Positions 55,393 to 64,000 of a DNA stretch of 64,000 nt are shown here, one piece after another. The stretch comes from a virus: positions 19,471 to 83,470 of the IMG/VR virus record IMGVR_UViG_3300046536_000173; one strand, given 5' to 3'. The notes under the pieces are model-generated. The model saw nothing but the letters and a program-made list of their open reading frames with translations. It was not told the DNA's origin and searched no databases. Numbering within the stretch: position 1 is the first letter of the stretch; the number at the start of each line of letters is the position of its first letter. Made by a program: the position numbers and the translations under genes.

Positions 55393-56642
55393 GTGCTTTT
55401 GCTCCCCTTCAGAATTGCGCGCCGCTCCGCGATCGCTTCGTTCAAGCGATCTTCATCGGGCGGAAAGTCGATCGCGTCGCGCACCTTGGCCCGCCATGCC
55501 GCGTTGGCCGGCAACCCGTCGAGCGCGATCAGGTCCATCGCCCGGACCTCCGCGAGCAAGTCGAGGATCGGATCAGCGGGCCAAGCCTCGCCGCCTGGAG
55601 GATTGCCGCCGTCCGGGTCGAAGCCTGGATCGTCGCCGCCGTCGAAGCCTGGAGAGTCTTGCGGCGGGGGTTGCTCCGCGACCTTGCGCACGCGCTCGCG
55701 CGCCGTGCTGATCATCTTGGTGATCTGATCGCGGATCAGCGTCGGCGCGGACCTCAACGCCTCGACGACGCGCTGGTGACGCTCGATCTCCTCGACCCGC
55801 GCCTCCGTCGTCGCGGCCATGAGAGCCGCCGACAGCTTGCGCAGCCAGACCGTCGCGTTGTCATCGCCCGACAGATCGCCGCCCGCCTGGGTGCCGCCTG
55901 GAGGCCGGGGCGGGGGCGGTTGCTCGACCCGCCGATCGCGCTCCGTCATGCCCGGATCGCCGTGGTCGATCTTGCCCTCGATCGTCACGCCGCCCGTGTC
56001 GGTCTCGCGATCCTCCATCTCCTCGGCGGTGTAGCCTAAGCCCTCCTCGGGGAACGCCGCGCGCAACGTCGCCGCCTTCGTGCACTTGTGCAGCATTTGC
56101 CGGGGCGACTTCAACCAACGGTCGTTGGGAACCTCCGTGCGGAAGCCCGCGCGCGCATAGCATTCGTCGAAAAACAATTGCTCGGTGAACTTGCGGGGCG
56201 CGCCGCCGACGATCCGATACACCGTGACCGCGCACCATTGGGGATACGTCAACGGAACCTCGACCGCGCGCTTGCTGCCGTCGTCGTTGTCGATCGTGCC
56301 ACGAAACACGCGCTCGACATCCGGCCCCCATTGCGGAAGGTCCATCCCGGCCCATGCTCCGGTGCGCGAAGCCGTGATCTCGACTTCATTGATCCCTTGC
56401 ATGACGACCTGAACCTTGCGGCGCAGCTTGGAATTGAACATGGGCACTACGTGAACGGGCTTCTTGAACGGGTCCAGGCGCCGCACGGCACAGTATTCCA
56501 CAACCGCCATGATAATTTCGGGCGTCTCGGCGGATGGATACAAATCACACAATGTCCGCCATGCCGCATCCGTGCCGTTGAATATCGCGGGTTTCAGGCT
56601 GCGCGGCGCGATCGTCATTGCCTGTCGTGCTGCTTGGGCCAT
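55389..56642 (-). CDS. bet: Bet/RecT recombinase
   Basis: Homologue of 14141..15412. Confidence 0.88.
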   Translation of the reverse strand: MAQAARQAMTIAPRSLKPAIFNGTDAAWRTLCDLYPSAETPEIIMAVVEYCAVRRLDPFKKPVHVVPMFNSKLRRKVQVVMQGINEVEITASRTGAWAGMDLPQWGPDVERVFRGTIDNDDGSKRAVEVPLTYPQWCAVTVYRIVGGAPRKFTEQLFFDECYARAGFRTEVPNDRWLKSPRQMLHKCTKAATLRAAFPEEGLGYTAEEMEDRETDTGGVTIEGKIDHGDPGMTERDRRVEQPPPPRPPGGTQAGGDLSGDDNATVWLRKLSAALMAATTEARVEEIERHQRVVEALRSAPTLIRDQITKMISTARERVRKVAEQPPPQDSPGFDGGDDPGFDPDGGNPPGGEAWPADPILDLLAEVRAMDLIALDGLPANAAWRAKVRDAIDFPPDEDRLNEAIAERRAILKGSKST

Positions 56643-57118
56643 TATCGGTTGTCCCTCTTTTTCCGCGTTTGGCGCCGGGTTGCTTCACGCGCGCAAGTCC
56701 GACAGATGCGAGCCCAATACTCGCCGCCGGTCTTGCGTTGATTGAACCACAGGCGCGTATTTTGTTCGTCGAAGGGATGACCGTGCTTGCAATGCGTCCG
56801 CGTTGAAGCGCGATAAATCCTATCCTTTGCCGCCGCGTCGCGAATGTTGTCGGCCTGAGTGCCGACGAACAGGTGATCGACGTTCACACACAACGGCACG
56901 TCGCAGCGGTGGCAAACGCTCGCACCCGCAGGGATCGCGCCGTTCGCCGCTTCCCAAGCCGCGCGATATGCAAAAACGTTTCTCCTGTCGCTGACGAACA
57001 CCGGACGATAATTGGGCTTCGCTCCTCGACGGGCGGTGTTGCTGATCGTCCCAAGCCACAGGTGGCAACCGCTGTTCGGCTCGCCGATCCACAGATCATC
57101 GAAGCTCGCCGCGCTCAC
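56642..57118 (-). CDS. Free-standing HNH homing endonuclease
   Basis: EPNSGCHLW, CHRCDVPLCVNVDHL and C-terminal THCKHGH...CRTC. Absent between gp157 and bet in unit 2. Confidence 0.88.
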   Translation of the reverse strand: MSAASFDDLWIGEPNSGCHLWLGTISNTARRGAKPNYRPVFVSDRRNVFAYRAAWEAANGAIPAGASVCHRCDVPLCVNVDHLFVGTQADNIRDAAAKDRIYRASTRTHCKHGHPFDEQNTRLWFNQRKTGGEYWARICRTCAREATRRQTRKKRDNR

Positions 57119-57657
57119 AGCTTGCGAATCCTCAACACTGGTGATGGGTTACTTAGAACCGCACCGGGGATGACCTCGCCTTGCTCCAGATCGTCGATCA
57201 GCGGGGTTTTCATCAGGATGCGCTCGGTGCGGAAATACTTGTCGGGCACTAGCTGTTCATCGGTGAGCACGAGCGACGCGCGCCCCGCCGCCATGCTCGC
57301 GCCGCCCCATTTCGCGCGCCGCGACTTCGTTTCGGTCGCGTTCATTAAATCCTCGATCACCTTGCGCACCGTCTCCGCGCGCGCCCGATACCTGTCGCGC
57401 CGCGCGATGATCTCGCGCCGCAGATCGTCCGCCTCGACCTCGCGCCGCTCGATCCACACGAGCGCGTCGATCGAGCGATCGAGGAGCACGTCGGGGTGCG
57501 GCATCTCCGCGTCCGCCAGAGCCGCCCGGATCACCTCCTCATCTTCGGTGATCGACGGGTCGAGGGCATACATCTCGCGCAATTGCTGCCACGCGGACAC
57601 GACCCGCTCCAACTGACCCGCCGAAGGAACCCGTGGTGCAATGTTGCTGTCCGACAT
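57115..57657 (-). CDS. Gp157-like protein
   Basis: Homologue of 15415..15957. Confidence 0.75.
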   Translation of the reverse strand: MSDSNIAPRVPSAGQLERVVSAWQQLREMYALDPSITEDEEVIRAALADAEMPHPDVLLDRSIDALVWIERREVEADDLRREIIARRDRYRARAETVRKVIEDLMNATETKSRRAKWGGASMAAGRASLVLTDEQLVPDKYFRTERILMKTPLIDDLEQGEVIPGAVLSNPSPVLRIRKL

Positions 57658-57705
57658 GTGCCGACGCTCCTCGCTGATCTCGGTGCGAGGAGGTTAGGCC
57701 GAACC

Positions 57706-57720
57706 TTGCATGACGTGCAA
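57706..57720. promoter_or_regulatory. Operator in leftward promoter
   Basis: TTGCATGACGTGCAA. Confidence 0.7.
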
Positions 57721-57816
57721 GCCCTGGGATGCACGGAGCGGACAGCGCCGCGCGGAAACCATCGTCAGGCGAGCGCGTTACTTAGGGTTGCACGGGTTAA
57801 TCGCGTCGGCTAAGCG

Positions 57817-58368
57817 TCAAGATCGTTTGCGGCGGTTCGGCCCCCTCGGACGGGACACCGACGACGCGGAATCATCACGAACAACTCCAGGAGGGCCGTG
57901 TGATTTTTTCGTCGATCGTGCAGACTTTGCATTTGCAGCACGCGGGTTGGCTTCTGGTCGGAACGTGCCGCTTTCCCGTTCCGCATCCAAAAGCGCTTGA
58001 TTGGCTCGCGCGAAAAGTTCGCTTTGACGTTGCCAGTAATCCGCCACGTCCAATAATTCGGGGTTCCCCGCCTTCAACGCGCGATACAACCATTGCTCCA
58101 GATGCTCCGATAAAACGCCCTCAATCAGGTAATTCGGGTCGACCTGGAAAAGCAACGAAACCCTAAGCAGATCGACGAACTTGGGCAGATGATCGCCCTT
58201 TTCCCATCGCCCATACATCGCCGGACTGACCCATAGTCGCTTGGCCCATCGCGCCTTGCTGTGATGCTCCGCGCCGAACTTGTCCGCGTATGCCTTGCGC
58301 AGCAATCGCAATCGCTCGCCGAAGCCCTTCATCAAGAGCTTGTCGCCGCTCGCCTGTCGCTCTGGCAT
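57817..58368 (-). CDS. XRE-family immunity repressor (intact)
   Basis: FGERLRLLR...WAKRLWVSPAMYGRWEKG..LP HTH. No peptidase S24 domain. Confidence 0.88.
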   Translation of the reverse strand: MPERQASGDKLLMKGFGERLRLLRKAYADKFGAEHHSKARWAKRLWVSPAMYGRWEKGDHLPKFVDLLRVSLLFQVDPNYLIEGVLSEHLEQWLYRALKAGNPELLDVADYWQRQSELFARANQALLDAERESGTFRPEANPRAANAKSARSTKKSHGPPGVVRDDSASSVSRPRGPNRRKRS

Positions 58369-58507
58369 TGCATAAACCTCAAAGGCTTGGTCACGCATTA
58401 TCGCCCCGCTTTCTACGCGGGGACGACGCCGTATCATGTGCACTAACCCGCCCGCGTATCAATAGGCTTTATCCTACAACCGCCGATCGCGACTGACCTG
58501 GGCGGGC

Positions 58508-58522
58508 TTGCACGTCATGCAA
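58508..58522. promoter_or_regulatory. Operator in rightward promoter
   Basis: TTGCACGTCATGCAA. Confidence 0.7.
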
Positions 58523-58542
58523 GTCCGGGCCTAGTGTGCGGC

Positions 58543-58803
58543 ATGCGACACGACCGGATCATCGAACTGTTTGGCGGCAACGTCGCGCTCGGCGAGCTTG
58601 TCGGGCGCAGCGACAGCGCCGTGTCGCGTTGGCGCGTCAACGGCATCCCGCCGAACTATTGGCCGTTGGTCGCCATGCTGTCGCGCAAGCACGCGACGAA
58701 GGAAGTCACGATCGAAAGCCTCGCCGCTGGCCCGCCGGTCAGGGGAGCTTTCCCCTACCGCGCCAGAACGACGAAGGGCCGAACCGCCGCGCCGGTGGCC
58801 TAG
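58543..58803 (+). CDS. Cro-like repressor
   Basis: HTH nearly identical to 16796..17053. Confidence 0.85.
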   Translation: MRHDRIIELFGGNVALGELVGRSDSAVSRWRVNGIPPNYWPLVAMLSRKHATKEVTIESLAAGPPVRGAFPYRARTTKGRTAAPVA

Positions 58804-58806
58804 CTT

Positions 58807-59241
58807 GTGGCCCGCGCGCCGTTCCGCCTGACCACGCCGATCCCGATCGAGGATGACATACACGAGGCCGTCGCCGACGCCCTCGATCTCCTCCTCCTGC
58901 CGCCCGCCGAATGGACGACCTTCCCGGCTGGGCACATGCCATTGCCGCCGCGCTTCGCCGCGAAGCTCGCCCGCCTGGGCCTGAAGCGAAACTGGCCCGA
59001 CATCCTGGTGTTGTGCGGACCCTTGCACGGCATCGAACTGAAGCGCCCCGGCGAGGGGTTGAGCCGCGCCCGCTGGGTGCCGACCCGTCGCGGAGGCCGA
59101 CGCTTCGTCGAGGGGCAGCGCGAGGCGTTCCCGCGCCTGGAGGCGGCGGGGATGAAGCTCGCGACCTGTCACAGCGTCGTCGCCGTGCTCGACCAGCTTA
59201 CCGCGTGGAAAATTCCTTTGCGTGGAAGGGTGACCGCATGA
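58807..59241 (+). CDS. VRR-NUC-like nuclease
   Basis: WPDILV...IELK. Confidence 0.8.
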   Translation: MARAPFRLTTPIPIEDDIHEAVADALDLLLLPPAEWTTFPAGHMPLPPRFAAKLARLGLKRNWPDILVLCGPLHGIELKRPGEGLSRARWVPTRRGGRRFVEGQREAFPRLEAAGMKLATCHSVVAVLDQLTAWKIPLRGRVTA

Positions 59242-60119
59242 GCGCAGCAATCGAGCGCACAACGCAACACGACCTCGACCTCGACGCGATCACGCTCGAC
59301 GACGAACTACAGCCGCGCGCGGAGATGGATCGCGAATTACTCGAAAGCCTCGGCGAAGCGATCGCGCTCGGGGAGCGCTTGCCGCCCGTCGTGGTGTTCG
59401 ACGACGGACGCGATCGCTGGCTTGCCGACGGATACCATCGCTGGCACGCGCATAAGGCGTTGGGTCTTGTCGCGATCGCTTGCCTGATCGTGCTGGGGAC
59501 GCGTCGCGAGGCGTTGCTTTACTCGCTGTCCGCCAATGCGACGCACGGCAAATTGCCGAATGGCCGGGATCTGGCGCGCGCGTATCGGATCGCGATCGTC
59601 AATCAACTGGTCGATCCCGTCGATCCGTCGAAGCCCGCCGAACATGTCGAGGCCGTCGCGACGATCCTCCATTGCACGCAACGATGGGCGCGATTGTTGA
59701 CCGAGGAAGCGCGCACGACAGCGAAGGCCGCGCGTGATGCGGAGGTCATCCGACAAAAGGGCGAGGGCAAGAGCAACCGTGAGATCGCCCGCGACATCGG
59801 GGTGCATCACGACACGGTGGCCGACATCATTGGCGGAAAACGGAAGGGTTCCGAAATCCGCCAGCCGTCACCTGACCCTCCCGCCCCCGATCCCGATCGC
59901 GCGGCCAAGCTGGAGGCCGCGCGATACCTGATGACCGCCGACCCGCCGAAGGAATGGCATCGGGTGCTCGAAGCGATGCGCGCGATCAACGCGCTCCGCG
60001 ATGTCTCGTGGCTATTCGCCAATCCGTACCGCCGTTTCGATCACGCACTCGGGCCGGAACTGGAAAGGGCGGCGGCCTGGATCAACGCGTTCAAAGGGAG
60101 GTTCAACGATGGCGCTTAG
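59238..60119 (+). CDS. ParB-like N-terminal domain plus HTH protein
   Basis: [12 protein letters not shown]...WLADG.HR, AN..HG and [16 protein letters not shown] motifs. Confidence 0.8.
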   Translation: MSAAIERTTQHDLDLDAITLDDELQPRAEMDRELLESLGEAIALGERLPPVVVFDDGRDRWLADGYHRWHAHKALGLVAIACLIVLGTRREALLYSLSANATHGKLPNGRDLARAYRIAIVNQLVDPVDPSKPAEHVEAVATILHCTQRWARLLTEEARTTAKAARDAEVIRQKGEGKSNREIARDIGVHHDTVADIIGGKRKGSEIRQPSPDPPAPDPDRAAKLEAARYLMTADPPKEWHRVLEAMRAINALRDVSWLFANPYRRFDHALGPELERAAAWINAFKGRFNDGA

Positions 60120-60642
60120 TTCCGAAGGCAACCTTGGCGACCTGATCGCCGACATCAAACACAAGCTCAATCCCGATGGGCGGGGCTACAAGGTGAGCAC
60201 CGCCGCTGATGCGCTGTTCGATGCCGCGCGCGTCGGTTGCGGCTATCTGACCGCGACGATGCGCGACCTCGCGCGCGCTGGCGCGACGATCAAAGTCCGC
60301 GACCACGACATGACAAGCGCCGGGAAGGCGCCACGCGGCAAAGCCCGCCAGATGGCGGACGCCGTTGGAGCCATCGCGGACGGGCAGGGCGACTTCGCGG
60401 AATGGGCCGACGACTTCGGTTGGATGGACCAGGAAACATCGCTCGACGACACGGTTGACGCGATCCGCAAGGCTTACAACGACCTGAACCTGTTTGAAGC
60501 AAAGCGGGTCGTGGGGCTGAAGCACAAAAAAGCCGCCGAGACGGAAGCGGCGGCGATGCGCTTGCAACACTTCATCGACGACCATCCCGAGTGGCAACGG
60601 CACCCGGAAATGACGCTGGGCGAGATCGCGGGCCGCGACTGA
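60109..60642 (+). CDS. Hypothetical protein (partner of the ParB-like gene)
   Basis: GGGAGG RBS. Unique to unit 3. Confidence 0.7.
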   Translation: MALSSEGNLGDLIADIKHKLNPDGRGYKVSTAADALFDAARVGCGYLTATMRDLARAGATIKVRDHDMTSAGKAPRGKARQMADAVGAIADGQGDFAEWADDFGWMDQETSLDDTVDAIRKAYNDLNLFEAKRVVGLKHKKAAETEAAAMRLQHFIDDHPEWQRHPEMTLGEIAGRD

Positions 60643-60655
60643 CGACCGCCAGGGG

Positions 60656-61300
60656 GTGACCGACGCGGTGAGCAATTTCGACCATTGGATGCGTTTCAAC
60701 GTCGGCGACTATCTCGCCGACACCATGCACCTGAGCACGTTTCAACACGGCATGTATGTCCTTTTGATCATGCACTATTTCAAGCGCGGCGGACTGCCCG
60801 AGGATGAGGCCGCGCTTCGCCTGATCACCAAATGCCCGGTGCGACAATGGCGCTCGCAATCCGCTCCAGTGATGTCGCTTTTTCGTCGCGAAACGGGAGC
60901 ATACACGCACCCTCGAATTGATAGCACCAGGAACGAAGCGCAACGGGTTTCTGAAGCTCGCGCAAAAGCAGGGAAACAAGGCGCTTCGGCAAGGTGGGGC
61001 ATGGCAAATGCCAGACCCGCCGATGGCAATTGCCATTCCGCCGACATGGCAAGCCTCGCGGGCGCGCGCGCGCCACAGCCAGAGCCAGAGATAGAATCCC
61101 CCCCCGTAACCCCCCGCAAGCGGGGGGTGCGCGGGCGCGCTCAATCGAATGGTGGGGGAAAGAAGGAAAGCCGCAACGCCGCCTGCGACATCGGGGCGGA
61201 AATGTTCCGGGATCGGGAGAATGATGATGCGGACGCAGACGACACACATTCGGGTGGTGCGCGAGTGGCTTACCTCGCTGGCCATCCTCGCCGCCGTTAG
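60656..61300 (+). CDS. YdaU/DUF1376-family replication initiator
   Basis: WM.F.VGDYLADT.HLS...HG.Y.LL...Y...G.LP.D...L. Confidence 0.85.
   Translation: MTDAVSNFDHWMRFNVGDYLADTMHLSTFQHGMYVLLIMHYFKRGGLPEDEAALRLITKCPVRQWRSQSAPVMSLFRRETGAYTHPRIDSTRNEAQRVSEARAKAGKQGASARWGMANARPADGNCHSADMASLAGARAPQPEPEIESPPVTPRKRGVRGRAQSNGGGKKESRNAACDIGAEMFRDRENDDADADDTHSGGARVAYLAGHPRRR
61001..61055. repeat. Putative ori iterons of unit 3
   Basis: ATGGCAAATGCCAG (61001), ATGGCAATTGCCAT (61023) and ATGGCAAGCC (61046). Confidence 0.6.
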
Positions 61301-61748
61301 CATGTCGCGCAATGAAGCCGAGATGAAGCTGGCGGCTTATGTGCCGATGCTCCTCGACCGTTTCCCCGATGCCGCCTTCACGTCCGCCAGCCTGGAGCAC
61401 GTCGCCCGTCGCGCCGTGAAAGGGTTCCCGACCTATGGCGAACTGGCCGAATGGCTGGGCGAGCATTGGAAGGAAACCCGCCCGCCGTTCCCCGCGATCG
61501 CCCCGCCGCCCGCGCCGCCGCCTCGACCGGAGCCGACGCCGGAGGAGATCGAGCACGTCCGCGCTTGCGTCGCGGAGATCACCGCCGCGTTGCGCGTGTC
61601 CGCGATCGACAAGGCCACGCAGGGGCGCCCGCTTCCGGCCGGGCCGGTCCCGCCGACGCCGCGATACCTGCCGCCCGACACGCTCGATCGCATCAACCCG
61701 TTGCCGAACGGACGCAAGCGCGCCGCGCCCCCGGATGCCGCGCCATGA
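61221..61748 (+). CDS. Replication accessory protein
   Basis: Homologue of 19361..19903. Confidence 0.65.
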   Translation: MMMRTQTTHIRVVREWLTSLAILAAVSMSRNEAEMKLAAYVPMLLDRFPDAAFTSASLEHVARRAVKGFPTYGELAEWLGEHWKETRPPFPAIAPPPAPPPRPEPTPEEIEHVRACVAEITAALRVSAIDKATQGRPLPAGPVPPTPRYLPPDTLDRINPLPNGRKRAAPPDAAP

Positions 61749-62424
61749 CCGACGACGGATTGCCGTGGGGATACGTGCACCCCGTCGAGGGCTGGCTTCA
61801 GCTTCCGAAGGGGCCGGGGCTGATCCACCTGGGTCCGCCCCCGTTCGACGTGACATTGCCCGATGGCCGCACGCGCCGCGTCGTGCACAAACCCGGAGGA
61901 TCAGCCGATGCCGCTAACCCGCCCGCCGAACCGCCCGCCGTTCCCGACGGTCCCGAGGCCCCCTGACGCGTGGCGCGGACCCGGAGCCGCGCACCGTCCG
62001 CCGCCGCTCCCGCCGTCGCCGATCGTCCGCAAGCCGTGCGGGCTGTGCAATCGCGTCCGCCGCTGGGTCGGCCTGGAGCCGCGACGGTGAGCGCCCGCGA
62101 CGACACGATCTCCGTCGAGGTCGAGGAGACGTTGCGCGAGATCGAGCGCGAGCTTCATCAACCCGTCGAACCCTTCGAGCGCGTCGCGATCCGCATCGCC
62201 CTGGAGCGCTTCGCGGAACGCATCCCGCAGCCGGAAGGCAACTTCTGGTGACGAACTTCGCGACGACCGCGCGCGTCCGCCTCACGCCGGAGCGACGCGC
62301 CGCGCAACCGGAACTCGCCGACGCGATCGGGTCGGTGCGCGGTGATCAGCATGGCGTGGTCGAAGTCGAGTGGCCCGCCTTCCGCTCGTGGCACAAGGCA
62401 ACCGACCTGGAGCTTGTCGAATGA
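61745..62424 (+). other. Four small coupled hypothetical genes
   Basis: 61745..61966, 61908..62090, 62087..62251 and 62248..62424. Confidence 0.6.
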
Positions 62425-63041
62425 ACAGCAACGCGCCGATCGCCGACCTGGGGCAGCACGTCGAGGCGATCGAGCCGCCCCGCGTCGATGCCTCGACCTT
62501 CCGCCAGGGCTGGAGGGTGCGGACCCGCCTCGACACGCTCCTCGCCGATGACCGGATCACGCCCGGACAGTGGCAAGCCGCCGTCGAGTATCGCGACGCC
62601 TGGGCACGCGTGCTGCAGGCCGGAGGCGGATCGTCCGAAGGCTACCGGGTCAGCGGAGGGACCGACGCGCATCATCGCATCCTGGGCCTCCTCGCGACCG
62701 TGACACGCCTCCGCGTGGTGCACGCCGCGATCGGAGCCGACTTCGCGACGCTGTGCTTCGCGTGCGCCGTCGAGGATCGATCCTGGGCCTCGATCGCCGC
62801 GACCTGGAGCGTCAACCCGGAGACGTGTCGGGACCGGACAGCGCGAGCGGTGCGCGCGCTCGCCGTAGCCTGGGCGGAGGCGCGCCGGAGCGATCCCGCC
62901 GTGTCGTCGCCCCCGCGACATGCTCCGCGCCCTGTGCGAGCTTCCTGGCGCCCGCCAGAGGGTGGGGGCGAATCGGGAACGCGCCGAGTCGAGCCGATCG
63001 ATCCGCCGTCTCCGCGCCGCCTGAATGGGACCGGCCCTTGA
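62421..63041 (+). CDS. Putative late-gene regulator
   Basis: Homologue of 20675..21196. Confidence 0.6.
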   Translation: MNSNAPIADLGQHVEAIEPPRVDASTFRQGWRVRTRLDTLLADDRITPGQWQAAVEYRDAWARVLQAGGGSSEGYRVSGGTDAHHRILGLLATVTRLRVVHAAIGADFATLCFACAVEDRSWASIAATWSVNPETCRDRTARAVRALAVAWAEARRSDPAVSSPPRHAPRPVRASWRPPEGGGESGTRRVEPIDPPSPRRLNGTGP

Positions 63042-63059
63042 CCCCTCCAGGGAGCGCAG

Positions 63060-63335
63060 CGGCGGCGATTTAAGTGCCCGCACACTCATGAACCGGGAAT
63101 GGTCGGGTCGGCGCGCGCTGCCTCCAGGCGCGGCTAAAGGGTGCATCGATCGGTAAACAATTGAGGCGGTGTGACGAACGAAGTCCCAAAACTTTAGGAC
63201 GGCTGTCCGCTCGCTGTGACCGTAGGCCGCTCGCTCCAGCTTCCCCGCCGGTTTCCGGGTCTCCAGAGCCGCGCAAGAATGTTGCGCCCTTCCGCGATCG
63301 GTGGTAGCGCTTTTGGCATCGTCGCAGCCGTTGCG
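63060..63335 (+). promoter_or_regulatory. Conserved non-coding late leader
   Basis: Homologue of 21356..21622. Confidence 0.5.
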
Positions 63336-63367
63336 CGCGTCGCACCGTCTCCGAACCCCTCGATCAT

Positions 63368-63691
63368 GTGACAATCCGCTTCGAGCGTGGCGCCGTCGTG
63401 CGCTGCAATTCCCGCACCTGGATCGTCTGGACCTATCCCGGAGGGGACGGGTTCGCCGATCCGATCGCGCTCCCCGTGATGTCCCAAACCGGGCCGCGCC
63501 ATCGCTCGCAAGAACGCCTCGACCTCGCCGGTCGGGCGATCCTCGTGCATCTCCTCGACCCGGTGAGCTTGCCCGGAGACGCTTGCGAACGGATCGGACA
63601 ATGCGCGCCCGACATCGTGTCGCGCCTCGCCGCGAGTATGCAACGCGCGATCGACGCCGCCGAACTTGAACGCCGGAGGAGCGGGATCTGA
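63368..63691 (+). CDS. PemK/MazF-fold-like protein (tentative)
   Basis: Homologue of 21652..21981. Confidence 0.5.
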   Translation: MTIRFERGAVVRCNSRTWIVWTYPGGDGFADPIALPVMSQTGPRHRSQERLDLAGRAILVHLLDPVSLPGDACERIGQCAPDIVSRLAASMQRAIDAAELERRRSGI

Positions 63692-64000
63692 TGCCGATCG
63701 CCTCGCCGGTCTATCATCCGCCCGGTTGGCAGTCGCGCGCCGATCGACGCCGCGCGCACGACCAGAGCAAGGCGCGGCACTACAGCAACGCCCGCTGGCT
63801 CCGTCTCCGCGCCGCGTATCTCGCGACGCATCCGCTGTGCGAGTGCGGATGCAATCGCCCCGCGACCGTCGTCGATCATCGCAAGCCGCATGGTGGCGAC
63901 GACGCGCTGATGTATGCCTGGGACAACCTCCAGGCGATGACGAAGCCTTGCCACGATCGCAAGACGGCGACGCAAGACGGCGGGTTCGGCAATCCGATGC
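63691..64000 (+). CDS. Terminase-associated HNH endonuclease (3'-truncated by window edge)
   Basis: Nearly identical to 22055..22387. Confidence 0.9.
   Translation, partial: MPIASPVYHPPGWQSRADRRRAHDQSKARHYSNARWLRLRAAYLATHPLCECGCNRPATVVDHRKPHGGDDALMYAWDNLQAMTKPCHDRKTATQDGGFGNPM

Larger units (their letters stand above)
52301..64000. mobile_element. Prophage unit 3 (early, immunity, replication, start of packaging region; runs off the window)
   Basis: Colinear homologue of 11.3-22.4 kb. Confidence 0.8.

Overview
The whole 64-kb window is temperate-phage DNA of high GC, probably from an alphaproteobacterial host (inferred from GC content and gene families). No host housekeeping gene is visible. 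It holds three related but clearly diverged prophage genomes joined head-to-tail with a period of about 41 kb: the tail end of unit 1 (1 to ~9-11 kb), a complete unit 2 (~9-11 kb to ~50-52 kb) and the early/replication half of unit 3 (to 64 kb). Unit 2 shows the full plan: P4-type tyrosine integrase, lambdoid early region (AlpA/Xis, Bet, Gp157, XRE repressor/Cro), replication genes, an HK97-like head (HNH, P27-type TerS, TerL, portal, protease, capsid) and a Mu-like contractile tail, i.e. an SfV/ST64B/P27-like hybrid. The units keep the same TTGCA-N5-TGCAA operators and a 39-bp identical, repeat-flanked attP-like site. They have swapped replication initiators (each with its own iterons), tail fibres, spike tips and accessory genes. 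Notable points: the unit 2 repressor carries an in-frame amber stop; the baseplate spike is fused to a variable-length collagen stalk and tip domain; a ParB-like / Acb2-Tad1-like / glycosyltransferase cassette sits in front of the terminase; a PemK/MazF-like gene follows a conserved non-coding leader; and no endolysin is recognisable. All family assignments come from motif recognition by eye, with no database searches. An assembly chimera of related phages cannot be excluded.
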